This document shows, piece after piece, positions 6,802-16,106 of a DNA stretch of 47,019 nucleotides. The DNA comes from Paracoccaceae bacterium (GTDB lineage: Bacteria; Pseudomonadota; Alphaproteobacteria; Rhodobacterales; Rhodobacteraceae): positions 1-47,019 of the forward strand of contig JBLHUT010000001.1 in the NCBI GenBank assembly GCA_047629975.1, in the 5' to 3' direction. Below the pieces are notes generated by a model. That model was not told where the DNA came from, made no database searches, and was given only the letters and a program-made list of their open reading frames with translations. Made by a program: the position numbers and the translations under genes. The number at the start of each line of letters is the position of its first letter. Position 1 is the first letter of the stretch.

Positions 6802-8004
6802 TTATTCCGCAGGCGTGGCGCCTTTTGGCGCTGCTGCCTTTTTGGCCTCGACCTCCTCGACCCACAGGTTGTGGTGCTCGCGAGCCCATTGCTCTTCGAC
6901 ATGACCCGTTCCCATCGCGTCATAGGCGCCTTCCATACCGACCGAGCCGATGTAGATATGCGCAAGGATCACAGCCATCAGGCCAAAGCTGACGATGGCG
7001 TGCCACATTTGCGACATCTGCATCTCTTCGTGCGGTGCAAGTTGCTCCGGAAAGGCGGCCAGCCCCAGTAGGTCAGGAATGCCCAATTCGTTCAGTTTTG
7101 CAAAGGTCGGTGCAAACATGTGCAACTCGAACGGAAACAGCAGCGACACGCCGGACACCGAAATGGACGTGCCCAAAACAATGACAGACCAGAAGATAAG
7201 CTTTTGCCCTGCATTGAACTTCTTTGCCGGAGGATGCCCGCCGCCCAGAATTCCACCGCCTCTGACAAGCCACATAATGTCGGTTTTGTCGGGCAGATTG
7301 TGGATCACCCACATGAAGAAGATCATCACCAGCGCGATCATGAACGCCCATGAGACATTGTTGTGGACCCATTTCGACGCGATCGCGAGGATCGAGAAAG
7401 ATTCGTGCCCGAACACGGGGATAAGCACCATGCGCCCGAACAGCGATACAAGCCCTGTAATGGCCAGCAGGATGAAAGACCCGGCCAGCAGCCAGTGGCC
7501 GAAACGCTCGAATGCCTTGAAGCGTTCGATCTTGCGGCCGGTGATCTCGCCGTCGATACGAATGCGTCCGCGGATCAGGTAAAAGACCGCCAGCAGTGCA
7601 ATTGTCCCTGCAAGCACATAGCCGCCGTACGTCGCCAGAGGACCGGAGCGGAACTCCAGCCATCTCATGCCGCCATCTTGAATAAGAACTGTGGCTTCGA
7701 TTCCGCCCGCGGAAATTGTCGTGTCGGCCGAGCCGTAACGCATTGCCCGCCACAGATCAGGGTCCGAAGAGCCGCCCAGTGTCCCGAGTTGGTTCACAAT
7801 TCCTGCCGCATTGTCGGGGTTGCCGGTTTCGTCGCGCCGGAAGGCGTCATCGATCCGCACTCCGTTTTGACGCGCCATGATGTCATCAAGCGTTTGAGCA
7901 CCGCCTGTGACGCTGCGATCGACCGGTGCGGTGTCTTGTGCGCTTGCCATACCCGCGCACAGCACGAGCGTTAAAACCTTAAGAAATAATCCGAACTTTG
8001 CCAC
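6802..8004 (-). CDS. formate dehydrogenase gamma-subunit-like (FdhC/FdnI family) membrane di-haem cytochrome b with a periplasmic N-terminal domain
   Basis: About 400 aa. GTG 8004 is preceded by AGGGAG 6 nt upstream. Signal-like N-terminus (M)AKFGLFLKVLTLVLCAGMASA. Multiple TM helices carry conserved His (ERFGHWLLAG, WVHNNVSW, MWHAIVSF, ILAHIYIG). No alpha or beta FDH subunit genes are nearby. Confidence 0.85.
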   Translation of the reverse strand: MAKFGLFLKVLTLVLCAGMASAQDTAPVDRSVTGGAQTLDDIMARQNGVRIDDAFRRDETGNPDNAAGIVNQLGTLGGSSDPDLWRAMRYGSADTTISAGGIEATVLIQDGGMRWLEFRSGPLATYGGYVLAGTIALLAVFYLIRGRIRIDGEITGRKIERFKAFERFGHWLLAGSFILLAITGLVSLFGRMVLIPVFGHESFSILAIASKWVHNNVSWAFMIALVMIFFMWVIHNLPDKTDIMWLVRGGGILGGGHPPAKKFNAGQKLIFWSVIVLGTSISVSGVSLLFPFELHMFAPTFAKLNELGIPDLLGLAAFPEQLAPHEEMQMSQMWHAIVSFGLMAVILAHIYIGSVGMEGAYDAMGTGHVEEQWAREHHNLWVEEVEAKKAAAPKGATPAE

Positions 8005-8174
8005 TGGGTTCTCCCTGCTGTCGACACCATCCGCCAATTGTTGACACCATTAAAGCATGCACGGGAGCAAGAAAAGGCCAAGAGTGACCCGTCAAGGCAA
8101 TGCAGATGCCCGTCGCCCGCCATTTCTTTGAAGACAGCCGTGTGCGTAATGGCCCGAAGGGGTGAAGACGGCGG

Positions 8175-9104
8175 TTAGAAATTCACCATATCGCCGCCTT
8201 TCAGGGCCAGACGCTCGCGGGCCTGCGCGGGGGTTGCAACCGTCATCCCGAGGTTCTCGACGATGCTGCGGATCTTGCGCACCTGATCGGCGTTCGACTT
8301 GGCAAGCTCTCCCTTGCCGATATAAAGGCTGTCTTCAAGCCCGACCCGCAGGTTGCCGCCCAAAAGAGCGCTTTGCGTGGCAAAAGGCATCTGCGCGCGC
8401 CCTGCCGCCAGCACCGACCATTCGTATTGATCGCCGAACAAACGCTGTGCCGTGCGGTGCAGGTGCAGCATATTGTCGATGTCCGACCCCATGCCCCCCA
8501 GAATGCCGAAAACCATCTGGATAAAGAACGGCGGCTTGACCAGACCCTGATCCACAAACCACGCAAGATTATAAAGGTGTCCCAGATCATAACACTCGAA
8601 TTCGAATTTCGTGCCATGGGCCTCACCGAGGTTTTTGAGCGCATATTCGATAGTGGCAAAGGTGTTGGGAAAGATGAAATCGCGCGTCATGCCGATAAAT
8701 TCCGGCTCCCAAGGGTGCTTCCAGTCGCTGTATTTGTCCAGCAGTGGAAACAGACCGAAATTCATCGACCCCATATTGAGCGAGGCCATTTCGGGGCTGG
8801 TGGTTGTGGCCGCAAGCAGGCGGTCATCCATGCTCATCCCCAAACCTGCCCCTGTCGAGACGTTGATGATCGCGTCGGTTGCCTGCTTGATGACGGGCAG
8901 AAACTTCATAAAGGTCTGCGGCGTGGCATCGGGTTTGCCGGTTTCGGGGTCGCGGGCATGCAAATGGATAATCGACGCACCTGCCTCGGCGGCCTCAATG
9001 CTGGCGGTTGCGATCTCTGCGGGTGTGATCGGCAAGTAGGGCGACATGGTTGGCGTGTGAATGCCGCCGGTCGGCGCGCAGGTGATGATGACGGGCTTTG
9101 ACAT
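8175..9104 (-). CDS. BKACE family enzyme (3-keto-5-aminohexanoate cleavage enzyme-like, DUF849)
   Basis: 309 aa from ATG 9104, with AAGGAG upstream. MSKPVIITCAPTGGIHTPTMSPYLPITPAEIA..A..AGASIIHLHARDP.TGKP and the C-terminal GGNLRVGLEDSLY are hallmark BKACE motifs. The track ORF start (9302) was trimmed. Confidence 0.9.
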   Translation of the reverse strand: MSKPVIITCAPTGGIHTPTMSPYLPITPAEIATASIEAAEAGASIIHLHARDPETGKPDATPQTFMKFLPVIKQATDAIINVSTGAGLGMSMDDRLLAATTTSPEMASLNMGSMNFGLFPLLDKYSDWKHPWEPEFIGMTRDFIFPNTFATIEYALKNLGEAHGTKFEFECYDLGHLYNLAWFVDQGLVKPPFFIQMVFGILGGMGSDIDNMLHLHRTAQRLFGDQYEWSVLAAGRAQMPFATQSALLGGNLRVGLEDSLYIGKGELAKSNADQVRKIRSIVENLGMTVATPAQARERLALKGGDMVNF

Positions 9105-9201
9105 CTGAGGCTCCTTTAGGGGGGAAACGTGCCTGATCATCCTGCACGGTTGTGCGCCAAGTCCAGCATTCAATTGCGCGCAGGGTGCCGCGCGGGCCAA
9201 T

Positions 9202-9229
9202 AATTGTCTTGTATCCCGGAATTGTCTTG
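9202..9229. promoter_or_regulatory. direct repeat AATTGTCTTG-N8-AATTGTCTTG in a divergent intergenic region (candidate operator)
   Basis: Exact 10-bp copies at 9202-9211 and 9220-9229, between the BKACE start (9104) and the SBP start (9319). Confidence 0.3.
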
Positions 9230-9318
9230 CGTTCTGGCCCGCGTCCCACAGGATGAGGTTAAGGGCAATCGCGCGCACAATCCGAGACATCGCCGCGCTC
9301 ACAACATGGAGCTGCTAA

Positions 9319-10950
9319 ATGACCTATCGTTTCCCTCTCATCTTGTCTGCAACGGCTGTTTTCCTCGGATCGGTGGCGGCTGTGTTCGCGGCCGGAACCC
9401 ATCCTGTCACCGGAGAGGCCTTATCCGACAACCAGTCTTTCACGTACCGGATGTCCGACGATCTCAAAACGCTCGATCCGCAACTGAACGAGGAAACGCT
9501 TGGGTTTCATGCCATTCGTGACCTGTTCGAGGGGCTTTTGTCACAGGACGGCGATGGTAATCTGGTCCCGGGGGTCGCCGAAAGTTATGCCGCGAGCAAT
9601 GGCAACAAGACCTATACATTCACACTTCGGCCCGATGCAAAATGGTCCAACGGCGATCCCGTGACGGCGCATGATTTCGTTTATGGCTGGCAGCGCGCGG
9701 TCGATCCGGCAACGGCCTCGCCTTATGGCTGGTATCTGGAGCTGACCTCGATCGTGAATTCCAAGGCCGTGCTGGCGGGCGACATGCCGCCGTCCGAGTT
9801 GGGGGTCAAGGCGCTTGATGATCTGACTTTCGAGGTGCAGCTTGAGGCTCCCTTGCCGTATTTTCCGGCCATGACAACCTATGCGACGCTTTTTCCCGCG
9901 CACCGGGCAACAATCGAGGCCCACGCCGATGCCTGGACCAAGGTTGGCAATATCGTCAGCAATGGTGCCTATACGCTTTCGGAACGTGTGATCGGCGAAA
10001 AGCTGGTTCGGGTGAAATCGCCGACCTATTGGGGGGCGGGGGATGTGATCGTCGACACGGTGACCGGCCTTGTGATCAACGATTCCGATCAGGCGCTGAC
10101 GCGCTACAAGGCGGGCGAACTGGATTACATGGATGATCTGCCGGCGGGTCAATACCCGTCGTTGAAGGCGGAATTGCCCGACGAGGCCACAAGTGTTCCG
10201 CGTCTTTGCTCTTATTACTACGCGTTCAACATGACCGAGACCGGCCATCCCGCGCTTCAGAATGCGGACGTGCGCAAAGCGATGTCGATGGCCATTGACC
10301 GCAATGTCATCGTCGATCAGGTGCTCAAGGGCGGGCAGACGCCGGCCTATAATTTCGCCCATTATGCGACAGCAGGGTTTACCATGCCCGATATCGCTTA
10401 TGGCAAACTCACGCAGGCCGAGCGGGATGCACAGGCCATCGCCCTGATGAACGGGGCGGGTTATGGCAAAGACAACCCGATCGACGTCAAGTTGATCTAT
10501 AACACCTCGGAGAGCCACAAAAAGATCGCGACCGTTCTGGCCCAGATGTGGAAGCAAAAACTTGGCGTGAACGTCGAGTTGGCGAATTTCGAGTGGAAAA
10601 CCTACATCGACATCCGTGGCAATCAGGAGTTCGATCTGGCGCGCTCGGCGTGGTGCGGGGATTACAACGAGGCGTCGACCTTTCTTGACCTGGTCACAAC
10701 AACCCACGGGGCCAATGACGGAAAATATTCCAACCCGCGCGTTGACGCATTGATGGCCGCATCGAAAACTGCCGCTGATCCACAGCCGATGTACACCGAG
10801 GTCGAACAGATTCTGGCTGATGATATGGGGATTGCCCCGATCTATCACTACGCCAATACGTTCTTGCTGAAATCCGATTTTATGGGCTGGCCGCTCAATA
10901 ACGTGGAAAACAACTGGTATTCCAAGAACCATTACCGCGTTGCCCGCTAG
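9319..10950 (+). CDS. oppA: peptide/oligopeptide ABC transporter substrate-binding protein (family 5, OppA-like)
   Basis: 543 aa. Signal peptide MTYRFPLILSATAVFLGSVAAVFA. Family-5 SBP motifs are present (LDPQ...LFEGLL..D.DGNLVPGVAESY...TYTFTLRPDAKWSNGDPVTAHDFVY.W). GGAG lies 7 nt upstream. Confidence 0.9.
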   Translation: MTYRFPLILSATAVFLGSVAAVFAAGTHPVTGEALSDNQSFTYRMSDDLKTLDPQLNEETLGFHAIRDLFEGLLSQDGDGNLVPGVAESYAASNGNKTYTFTLRPDAKWSNGDPVTAHDFVYGWQRAVDPATASPYGWYLELTSIVNSKAVLAGDMPPSELGVKALDDLTFEVQLEAPLPYFPAMTTYATLFPAHRATIEAHADAWTKVGNIVSNGAYTLSERVIGEKLVRVKSPTYWGAGDVIVDTVTGLVINDSDQALTRYKAGELDYMDDLPAGQYPSLKAELPDEATSVPRLCSYYYAFNMTETGHPALQNADVRKAMSMAIDRNVIVDQVLKGGQTPAYNFAHYATAGFTMPDIAYGKLTQAERDAQAIALMNGAGYGKDNPIDVKLIYNTSESHKKIATVLAQMWKQKLGVNVELANFEWKTYIDIRGNQEFDLARSAWCGDYNEASTFLDLVTTTHGANDGKYSNPRVDALMAASKTAADPQPMYTEVEQILADDMGIAPIYHYANTFLLKSDFMGWPLNNVENNWYSKNHYRVAR

Positions 10951-11022
10951 CCCGCTTCAAATCTCTTGCCGGCGCGGCGGGAAAAATAACCTGCCGTGCC
11001 AATGGTCAAAGAGAGCCGGCTT

Positions 11023-11946
11023 ATGACGTCCTACATCCTGCGCCGTCTTGCGGTGGCAGTGCCCACAATATTCGTGCTGATCGTGATGACCTTTACGTTG
11101 ATGTACGCAGCCCCCGGCACACCGTTCACCACCGAACGCACCCTGCCACCAGAGGTCATGGCCAATCTGGATGCAAAATACGGGCTGGACCGGCCATTTG
11201 TGATGCAATTGTTCGAATATATCCGCGGCATCGTCGTGTCGTTCGATTTCGGCCCGTCGTATTTTTACAAGGACCAGACCGTTTCAGATATTCTCCGGCA
11301 GGGCTTTCCGGTGACCCTGACCTACGGTGTCTGGTCATTTGTGGTGGCGACCGTGGCGGGGGTCGGTCTGGGCGTGGCGGCGGCGATCTACCACAACACG
11401 TGGCTTGATTACTGCGCGGTGGGGGTGTCCATCGGCGCACAGGTTTTACCGAATTTCGTGATGGCGCCGATCCTTGTGCTGATCTTTACGGTCTGGTTGG
11501 GATGGCTGCCGGGGGGGGGATGGAACGGAGGGCAATGGCAGCATGTTGTGATGCCGGTGATCGCGCTTGCGACCTCGTTCATGGCCTCGATCGCACGGTT
11601 GACGCGGTCTTCGATGCTTGAGGTGATGAATGCCGATTTCATCCGCACTGCGCGCGCCAAAGGGCTGCCGATGCGGCGGGTGGTGGTGCGCCACGCGTTG
11701 AAACCAGCGCTTTTGCCTGTCATCAGCTACCTTGGCCCGACCTTTGTCGGGATGATTACCGGATCGGTTGTGATCGACGTCATCTTTTCTACGGGGGGTA
11801 TTGGCGGGTTCATGGTGAATGCGGCTTTCAACCGGGATTACCCGGTGATCATGGCGATCACGGTTCTGACCGGTGCGCTGACGATCCTGTTCTCTTTGTT
11901 GGTCGATATCCTCTATGCGTGGATCGATCCGAAGATCAGGTATTAG
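11023..11946 (+). CDS. oppB: ABC transporter permease (OppB-like)
   Basis: MTSYILRRLAVAVPTIFVLIVMTF N-terminus and an EAA-loop region (SMLEVMNADFIRTARAKGL). Follows the SBP gene. Confidence 0.9.
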   Translation: MTSYILRRLAVAVPTIFVLIVMTFTLMYAAPGTPFTTERTLPPEVMANLDAKYGLDRPFVMQLFEYIRGIVVSFDFGPSYFYKDQTVSDILRQGFPVTLTYGVWSFVVATVAGVGLGVAAAIYHNTWLDYCAVGVSIGAQVLPNFVMAPILVLIFTVWLGWLPGGGWNGGQWQHVVMPVIALATSFMASIARLTRSSMLEVMNADFIRTARAKGLPMRRVVVRHALKPALLPVISYLGPTFVGMITGSVVIDVIFSTGGIGGFMVNAAFNRDYPVIMAITVLTGALTILFSLLVDILYAWIDPKIRY

Positions 11947-11950
11947 GCGC

Positions 11951-12871
11951 ATGGCTTTGTTGTTCGGAAAAGCCAGCGCGCGCAACCTGTCAGAAATTGC
12001 CCCCGAGGGGCGATCGCTTTGGGTGGACGCGCGGGCGCGGTTCATGGGCAACAAGGCGGCGGTAAGCAGCCTGCTTGTGTTGATCATGGTGGCTTTGTTC
12101 GCGGCCTTCGGGAGTAATTTTGCAAGCTGGAGCAACGAAGAAATCGACTGGGGCGTCATCGGATCGGTCAAGGAGATGGGCCGGCCGTCATTGGGCAATG
12201 GCCATTACTTCGGTACGGACGATCTTGGGCGGGATCTGTTCGCGCGCGTGGTGCAGGGCACGCAAGTGTCGCTGATGGTGGGGTTGATCGGCAGCCTTGT
12301 GGCGGTGGTTGTCGGCACGCTTTACGGGGCTGTTGCGGGCTATGTCGGCGGGCGGGTCGATAATTTCATGATGCGGCTTGTCGATATCCTGATTGCGGTG
12401 CCGTATATGTTCGTGCTGATCATCTTGTTGGTGATGTTCGGACGCAGCCTTGTGATGCTGTTCATCGGCATCGGGCTGATTTCGTGGCTGGATATGGCGC
12501 GCATCGTGCGGGGCCAGACCCTGAGCATCAAGAACAAGGAGTTCGTCGAAGCGGCAATCGCCACAGGGGTGCCCACGTGGCGGATCATTGCGCGGCACAT
12601 TGTGCCCAACCTGCTGGGGGTCGTGGTGGTCTATGCAACACTTCTGGTGCCCAACATGATTATTTTTGAATCGTTCATCAGTTTTCTGGGGCTTGGTGTG
12701 CAAGAGCCCTCGACCAGCTGGGGGGCGTTGATCGACGAGGGAGCGGCGCAGATGAACTATGGCACATTGTGGCAGCTTTTGATCCCGCTGGCGTTTTTCG
12801 TCGTGACGCTTTTCAGTTTCTTTTTTCTGGGGGACGGGTTGCGCGACGCTCTCGATCCTAAGGATCGCTAG
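11951..12871 (+). CDS. oppC: ABC transporter permease (OppC-like)
   Basis: ATG 11951 lies 2 nt after the oppB stop. N-terminal OppC-type motif HYFGTDDLGRDLFARV. Six predicted TM segments. Confidence 0.9.
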   Translation: MALLFGKASARNLSEIAPEGRSLWVDARARFMGNKAAVSSLLVLIMVALFAAFGSNFASWSNEEIDWGVIGSVKEMGRPSLGNGHYFGTDDLGRDLFARVVQGTQVSLMVGLIGSLVAVVVGTLYGAVAGYVGGRVDNFMMRLVDILIAVPYMFVLIILLVMFGRSLVMLFIGIGLISWLDMARIVRGQTLSIKNKEFVEAAIATGVPTWRIIARHIVPNLLGVVVVYATLLVPNMIIFESFISFLGLGVQEPSTSWGALIDEGAAQMNYGTLWQLLIPLAFFVVTLFSFFFLGDGLRDALDPKDR

Positions 12872-12874
12872 ATC

Positions 12875-13840
12875 ATGCTGCTCGAGGTGCAAAACCTGTC
12901 TGTCCGGTTCAAGACGGCCGATGGCATTGTGAACGCGGTCAATGACATCTCGTTCGGGGTGGCGGCGCGCGAAACACTGGCCATCGTCGGCGAAAGCGGC
13001 TCGGGCAAAAGCCAGACCGCGTTTGCGTTGATGGGGCTTTTGGCGCGCAACGGGCAGGCATCGGGGCGGGCGGTGTTCGGCGGACAGGACCTGTTGGCCC
13101 TGCGTGAGCCGGAGCTGAACAAGATACGGGCCGCGCAGATCGCGATGATCTTTCAGGACCCGATGACGTCGCTTAACCCGTACATGCGCATTTGTGACCA
13201 GATGGACGAGGTGTTGATCCTGCACAAGGGTCTGTCAAAAAAAGAAGCCCGCGCGCAATCCGTAGCGATGCTTGACGCCGTGCGTATCCCCGATGCCCGT
13301 GCCCGCATCACGATGTTTCCACACGAGTTTTCCGGCGGCATGCGTCAGCGGGTGATGATTGCGATGTCTTTGTTATGCGAACCCAGACTTCTGATTGCGG
13401 ATGAGCCGACGACGGCGCTTGATGTCACGGTGCAGGCCCAGATTATGGCGCTGTTGTCCGAGATCCGTGCCGAGTTCGACACCGCGATCATTCTTATCAC
13501 CCATGATCTGGGCATTGTGGCGGGGTCGTGTGATCGCACGATGGTGCTTTATGGTGGACAGATCATGGAGAGTGCCCCGACCGAGGCCCTTTTTGCGGAG
13601 CCTGCGCATCCCTACACGCAGGGCCTGTTGCAGGCCGTGCCCCGGCTGGACCGGAGGGAGCCGGTGTTGCGCACTATCGCGGGCGAGCCGCCGGATATGT
13701 CGCACCTTCCGGCCGGATGCCCGTTTTCGCCGCGCTGCGCACTGGCAAGTGAATTGTGCCGTCAAACCCGTCCACCACTTGATGCGTTCGCCGCCGGCCG
13801 GTTGCGGGCCTGCTTTGCCCCGATCGGAGCGACCGTATGA
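12875..13840 (+). CDS. oppD: ABC transporter ATP-binding protein (OppD-like)
   Basis: Walker A GESGSGKS, signature FSGGMRQR, Walker B LLIADEPTTALD, and the C-terminal oligopeptide-type extension (HPYTQGLL...C.F..RC). Confidence 0.93.
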   Translation: MLLEVQNLSVRFKTADGIVNAVNDISFGVAARETLAIVGESGSGKSQTAFALMGLLARNGQASGRAVFGGQDLLALREPELNKIRAAQIAMIFQDPMTSLNPYMRICDQMDEVLILHKGLSKKEARAQSVAMLDAVRIPDARARITMFPHEFSGGMRQRVMIAMSLLCEPRLLIADEPTTALDVTVQAQIMALLSEIRAEFDTAIILITHDLGIVAGSCDRTMVLYGGQIMESAPTEALFAEPAHPYTQGLLQAVPRLDRREPVLRTIAGEPPDMSHLPAGCPFSPRCALASELCRQTRPPLDAFAAGRLRACFAPIGATV

Positions 13841-14823
13841 CGGCTCCGTTGCTGCGTGTCAGTGATTTGAATGTCACATTCGACGTTGCGCGCCGCGGCG
13901 CATGGCCGTGGCGCAAACCCGATCCGTTGCAGGCCGTTGCGGGGATCTCTTTCGATCTGGCCGCCGGAGAGACGTTGGGCATTGTCGGTGAAAGTGGCTC
14001 GGGCAAGTCCACCTTGGCACGTGCCATTCTCGGGACGGTGCCTGTCACCTCGGGGCAGGTGGTGTGGCAAGGTACGGACCTGACGGCGTTATCTGTGCGC
14101 GCCCGCAGAGTGCATCGCAAAGACGTGCAGATGATTTTTCAAGACCCTCTGGCGGCATTGAACCCGCGGATGCCTGTGGGGGCGATCATTGCCGAGCCTT
14201 TGATGACCCATTTCCCTGAAACCTCCCGCGACGAGGTCCGCGCCCGTGTGCGCGCCATGATGGACCGTGTCGGGCTTTTGCCAAACTTGTTGAACCGCTA
14301 TCCGCACGAGTTCTCGGGTGGCCAGTGCCAGCGGATCGGCATCGCGCGGGCGCTTATCGTGCGCCCCAAGCTGGTGGTGTGTGACGAGCCAGTCTCGGCG
14401 CTTGATGTGTCGGTACAGGCGCAGGTGGTCAACCTGCTTCAGGAATTGCAGCACGAGTTAGGGCTGTCGCTGATTTTCATCGCCCATGATCTGAGTGTGG
14501 TCAGCCACATCTCGGACCGGATTGCGGTTATGTATCTGGGGCGGTTGATGGAGGAGGCCCCTGCGCGGGCCTTGATCGAGACGCCTCTACATCCGTATTC
14601 AAAGGCGCTGATCGCCTCTGTGCCGATCCCTGATCCGGTGGCAGAGCGGGCGCGGCAGGGGGCTGTTCTCGAGGGCGAGTTGCCGTCGCCGCTTGCGCCG
14701 CCATCGGGGTGTGTGTTTCGCACGCGGTGTCCGGTTGTGCGGCCCGCCTGCGCGACACTGCGGATCGAAGAGCATTCCGTAGGGCAGGGGCGCCGCGTGG
14801 CGTGTCCGTATTTTGCAAGCTGA
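13837..14823 (+). CDS. oppF: ABC transporter ATP-binding protein (OppF-like)
   Basis: 4-nt start/stop overlap with oppD. Walker A GESGSGKS, signature FSGGQCQR, Walker B LVVCDEPVSALD, C-terminal HPYSKALI...GCVFRTRCP. Confidence 0.93.
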   Translation: MTAPLLRVSDLNVTFDVARRGAWPWRKPDPLQAVAGISFDLAAGETLGIVGESGSGKSTLARAILGTVPVTSGQVVWQGTDLTALSVRARRVHRKDVQMIFQDPLAALNPRMPVGAIIAEPLMTHFPETSRDEVRARVRAMMDRVGLLPNLLNRYPHEFSGGQCQRIGIARALIVRPKLVVCDEPVSALDVSVQAQVVNLLQELQHELGLSLIFIAHDLSVVSHISDRIAVMYLGRLMEEAPARALIETPLHPYSKALIASVPIPDPVAERARQGAVLEGELPSPLAPPSGCVFRTRCPVVRPACATLRIEEHSVGQGRRVACPYFAS

Positions 14824-14845
14824 CAATCAGCGGAAGTGTTGAGTG

Positions 14846-15625
14846 TTAACGGGTCGCGACGGGCATGAAAACCTCAAGTGCCGCTTCGAATTCGCGCGGT
14901 TTTTCCGCGTGCAGCCAATGCCCCGCGCCAGGGATCTTCGCAAAGCGCGCTTTGGGAAAAAGCCGTTTGATCTGTGGGCGGTCGTCGGTTTTCACGTAAT
15001 CCGATTTTGCCCCTGACAAAAACAGGGTGGGGCGGTCAAAGGTCGCTGTGATCGCGGGCCAGCCGATAATCTGCGGCATGTCCTGCTCCAGCACTGGCAA
15101 ATTCAGCCGCCAGCGGGGCGGGATGGATTGCAGGTCAAGCGATTGCAGCAAAAAGGCACGCAACGCGGCATCGGGGACTTGTGCGGCCAATGCAAGGTCC
15201 GCCGATGCGCGGCTGGTCATGTCGGCTTCGGTCAGGCGTTGCATGGCGTGGACATATTGAATTTGGGAATGCCCGTAGGTGACAGGGGCGATATCGGCCA
15301 CAACCAGTCGCGCGACCCGCTCTGGATGGCGCAGCGCAAGCATCATGGCCGCCTTGCCCCCCATCGAATGCCCTACCACGTCTATCGGGCCTTCATGGGC
15401 ATTCAGGATCGTCTCTGACAGGTCGTCGGCCATGTCGTGATAGGTGTGGGTTGCAAAATGGGGGCTGTCCCCGTGATTGCGCATATCAACAGTAATGACG
15501 GGGCGATGCACTCCCATCCGCTTGGCAATTACGTTCCAGTTGCGCCCGGACCCGTAAAGCCCGTGGGCGATCAAAAGCGGGCGAACGGGGGTGCTGGCGT
15601 CACCGTGGTGGTAGGTCTGTAACAT
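14846..15625 (-). CDS. alpha/beta hydrolase (YbfF-like esterase)
   Basis: MLQTYHHGDAS..PLLIAHGLYGSGRNW, nucleophile elbow GHSMGG, and a C-terminal GAGHWLHAEKP. The track ORF (to 15895) was trimmed to ATG 15625; ATG 15634 is also possible. Confidence 0.85.
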   Translation of the reverse strand: MLQTYHHGDASTPVRPLLIAHGLYGSGRNWNVIAKRMGVHRPVITVDMRNHGDSPHFATHTYHDMADDLSETILNAHEGPIDVVGHSMGGKAAMMLALRHPERVARLVVADIAPVTYGHSQIQYVHAMQRLTEADMTSRASADLALAAQVPDAALRAFLLQSLDLQSIPPRWRLNLPVLEQDMPQIIGWPAITATFDRPTLFLSGAKSDYVKTDDRPQIKRLFPKARFAKIPGAGHWLHAEKPREFEAALEVFMPVATR

Positions 15626-15710
15626 AAGAAGCATCGTATAGTGTGAACCATGGCATAAATACAAGCATTTGCTATTTTCGAGATCGCGTTGACGTTTTAT
15701 ATCCTGTTGC

Positions 15711-16085
15711 ATGATGCAGCCGTCTTTGCCCGAAATGACCCGAAACCTTGCCCGGTTGATGCAAACCCGACTCGGGGTGCGGCGGGGCGCTACTTTTAGG
15801 GCCAAGATCGACCATGCGGGGCGTCTTTTGCCGCCCTCCTTGCGTCGGGAGGCTCTTTTTCTGATCGAAACAGAGCAACGCACGGCCCACCCCAAACTTC
15901 GGATGCAGATCGATCCGGCGCGTGTGGCGCATGCTTACAAAGGGCTTTCTGCCTACTTGCGCGGTCTTGATCCGGCAGATCGTAGAAGGGGAGTTGTGTT
16001 GGGCGTGCTTGCCAGTCTGTCGTTCAACCTGCTGCTTTTTGGAGGGGGGCTGACCGCTTTTCTGATGTGGTACGACGGGCAGTAA
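15711..16085 (+). CDS. hypothetical protein with a C-terminal TM helix
   Basis: 124-aa ORF with GC-rich third positions and a C-terminal hydrophobic segment (VVLGVLASLSFNLLLFGGGLTAFLMW). No clear SD. It fills an otherwise empty gap. Confidence 0.5.
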   Translation: MMQPSLPEMTRNLARLMQTRLGVRRGATFRAKIDHAGRLLPPSLRREALFLIETEQRTAHPKLRMQIDPARVAHAYKGLSAYLRGLDPADRRRGVVLGVLASLSFNLLLFGGGLTAFLMWYDGQ

Positions 16086-16106
16086 CATCGCAACGCGCAA
16101 GGTCGC

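Noticed and set aside
6802-8004. Evidence for a formate dehydrogenase operon
   Set aside because: Only the gamma-type cytochrome b is present. No molybdopterin or Fe-S subunit ORFs occur on either side, so I do not call an FDH locus.
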